A stretch of DNA of 64,000 bases, taken from Tubulanus polymorphus. Taxonomy: Eukaryota; Animalia; Nemertea. A program made the position numbers and the translations under genes. The stretch is from NCBI RefSeq assembly GCF_964204645.1, contig NC_134032.1, positions 5,046,175-5,110,174 of the forward strand. The letters are read 5' to 3'. Positions 63,389-64,000 of this stretch are shown here, one piece after another (the stretch's first letter is position 1; each line of letters begins with the position of its first letter). Under the pieces are notes generated by a model. The model did no database searches, was not told the origin of the DNA, and saw only the letters and a list, made by a program, of their open reading frames with translations.

Positions 63389-64000
63389 TCTAAAAACCGT
63401 AGGGAGCGTGTTAAATCTGTTCGTTGGATCAAAAGCCCTTTTAGTGTATACGGCGCGATATATTTTTCGCTCGTCCCTATTAAATATGGAACATTTTTTG
63501 ATGTCTCGATTTATCTTGTTTTGAATGGAAACGTACAAATGATCGTATTTTTCACCGACTATAATATCAACCATTGATTTAAAGTTGACTATTTGTTTAT
63601 TTCTAAAATTCAAATTAATTCCTTTCACTTTGCATTCCGATGAGAATTTATTGTCACGCGGACTGAAAACACGGAATGCATAGTTTTTCGGACCGGCCGA
63701 AACGAATTCCGAAATATAGGCACCATCTCCGTATTTATCTGCCAACTCATCGGTCATATCCCCTAAAAAGTTTCCAGTTGGCGGATCCCATTGATCAGGT
63801 TTAACGGTGTAAATGATTGAGTCGGTATCCGTGTAAAGGGTTCGATCCCCTAGTTTCTCCATATAACTATAGAGAATTAGTCGAGCATGCGCCGTTGTGA
63901 ACGCGGCTAAGGCGACGCTAGTTTTACCGGAGGATTCGACAAATTCGTCGCGTTTTCTGTAGTGCACCCTTAACACCTCTTCGTTACACAACAGTAAATC
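63389..64000 (-). CDS. polB: pPolB C-terminus of the second Polinton family
   Basis: AAFTTAHARL.LY, YTDTDS, LGDMTDE, GPKNYA, KVKGINLN; the likely true end TLPYGF* needs a 1-nt shift near 63402. Confidence 0.92.

Larger units (their letters stand above)
61820..64000. mobile_element. Terminus of a second, unrelated Polinton family (continues beyond the window)
   Basis: Starts AGTAGT; short repeats (AGTGAGGAGC) and three TGACGTCA sites; followed by a PC4 gene and a pPolB C-terminus. Confidence 0.75.

Overview
Eukaryotic (animal, probably marine invertebrate) genomic DNA that is almost entirely a nest of transposons and endogenous viruses. It contains: (i) a 14.4-kb, very AT-rich Polinton/Maverick-like element (6122-20522; TIRs, exact 6-bp TSD CACATT; degraded pPolB, integrase, packaging ATPase, major and minor capsid genes, a block of membrane-protein genes); (ii) two further right ends of the same family (ending at 1606 and 37957) plus small polB relics; (iii) a BEL/Pao LTR retrotransposon 3' half; (iv) an L2/CR1-type LINE; (v) an IS3EU-type DNA transposon inside the last intron of a host SDR16C-like dehydrogenase gene; (vi) a Helentron-type Rep/helicase/endonuclease gene split by a Chapaev transposon, with an intact 5-exon OB-fold gene downstream; (vii) several MITEs; (viii) the end of an unrelated, nuclear-type Polinton (from 61820) with a spliced double-PC4 gene. 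Most striking observation: the genes of the AT-rich Polinton family start at two fixed-spacing motifs resembling poxvirus late (T-tract-N6-TAAATG; capsid/membrane genes) and intermediate (TTTTAATAAAAA-N9-TAAA(A)TG; replication genes) promoters. Its termini also fold into long, strand-specific, covarying hairpins. Together these suggest (inference only) a virophage-like element that uses a cytoplasmic large-DNA-virus transcription machinery. All calls come from reading the sequence; no database searches were run.
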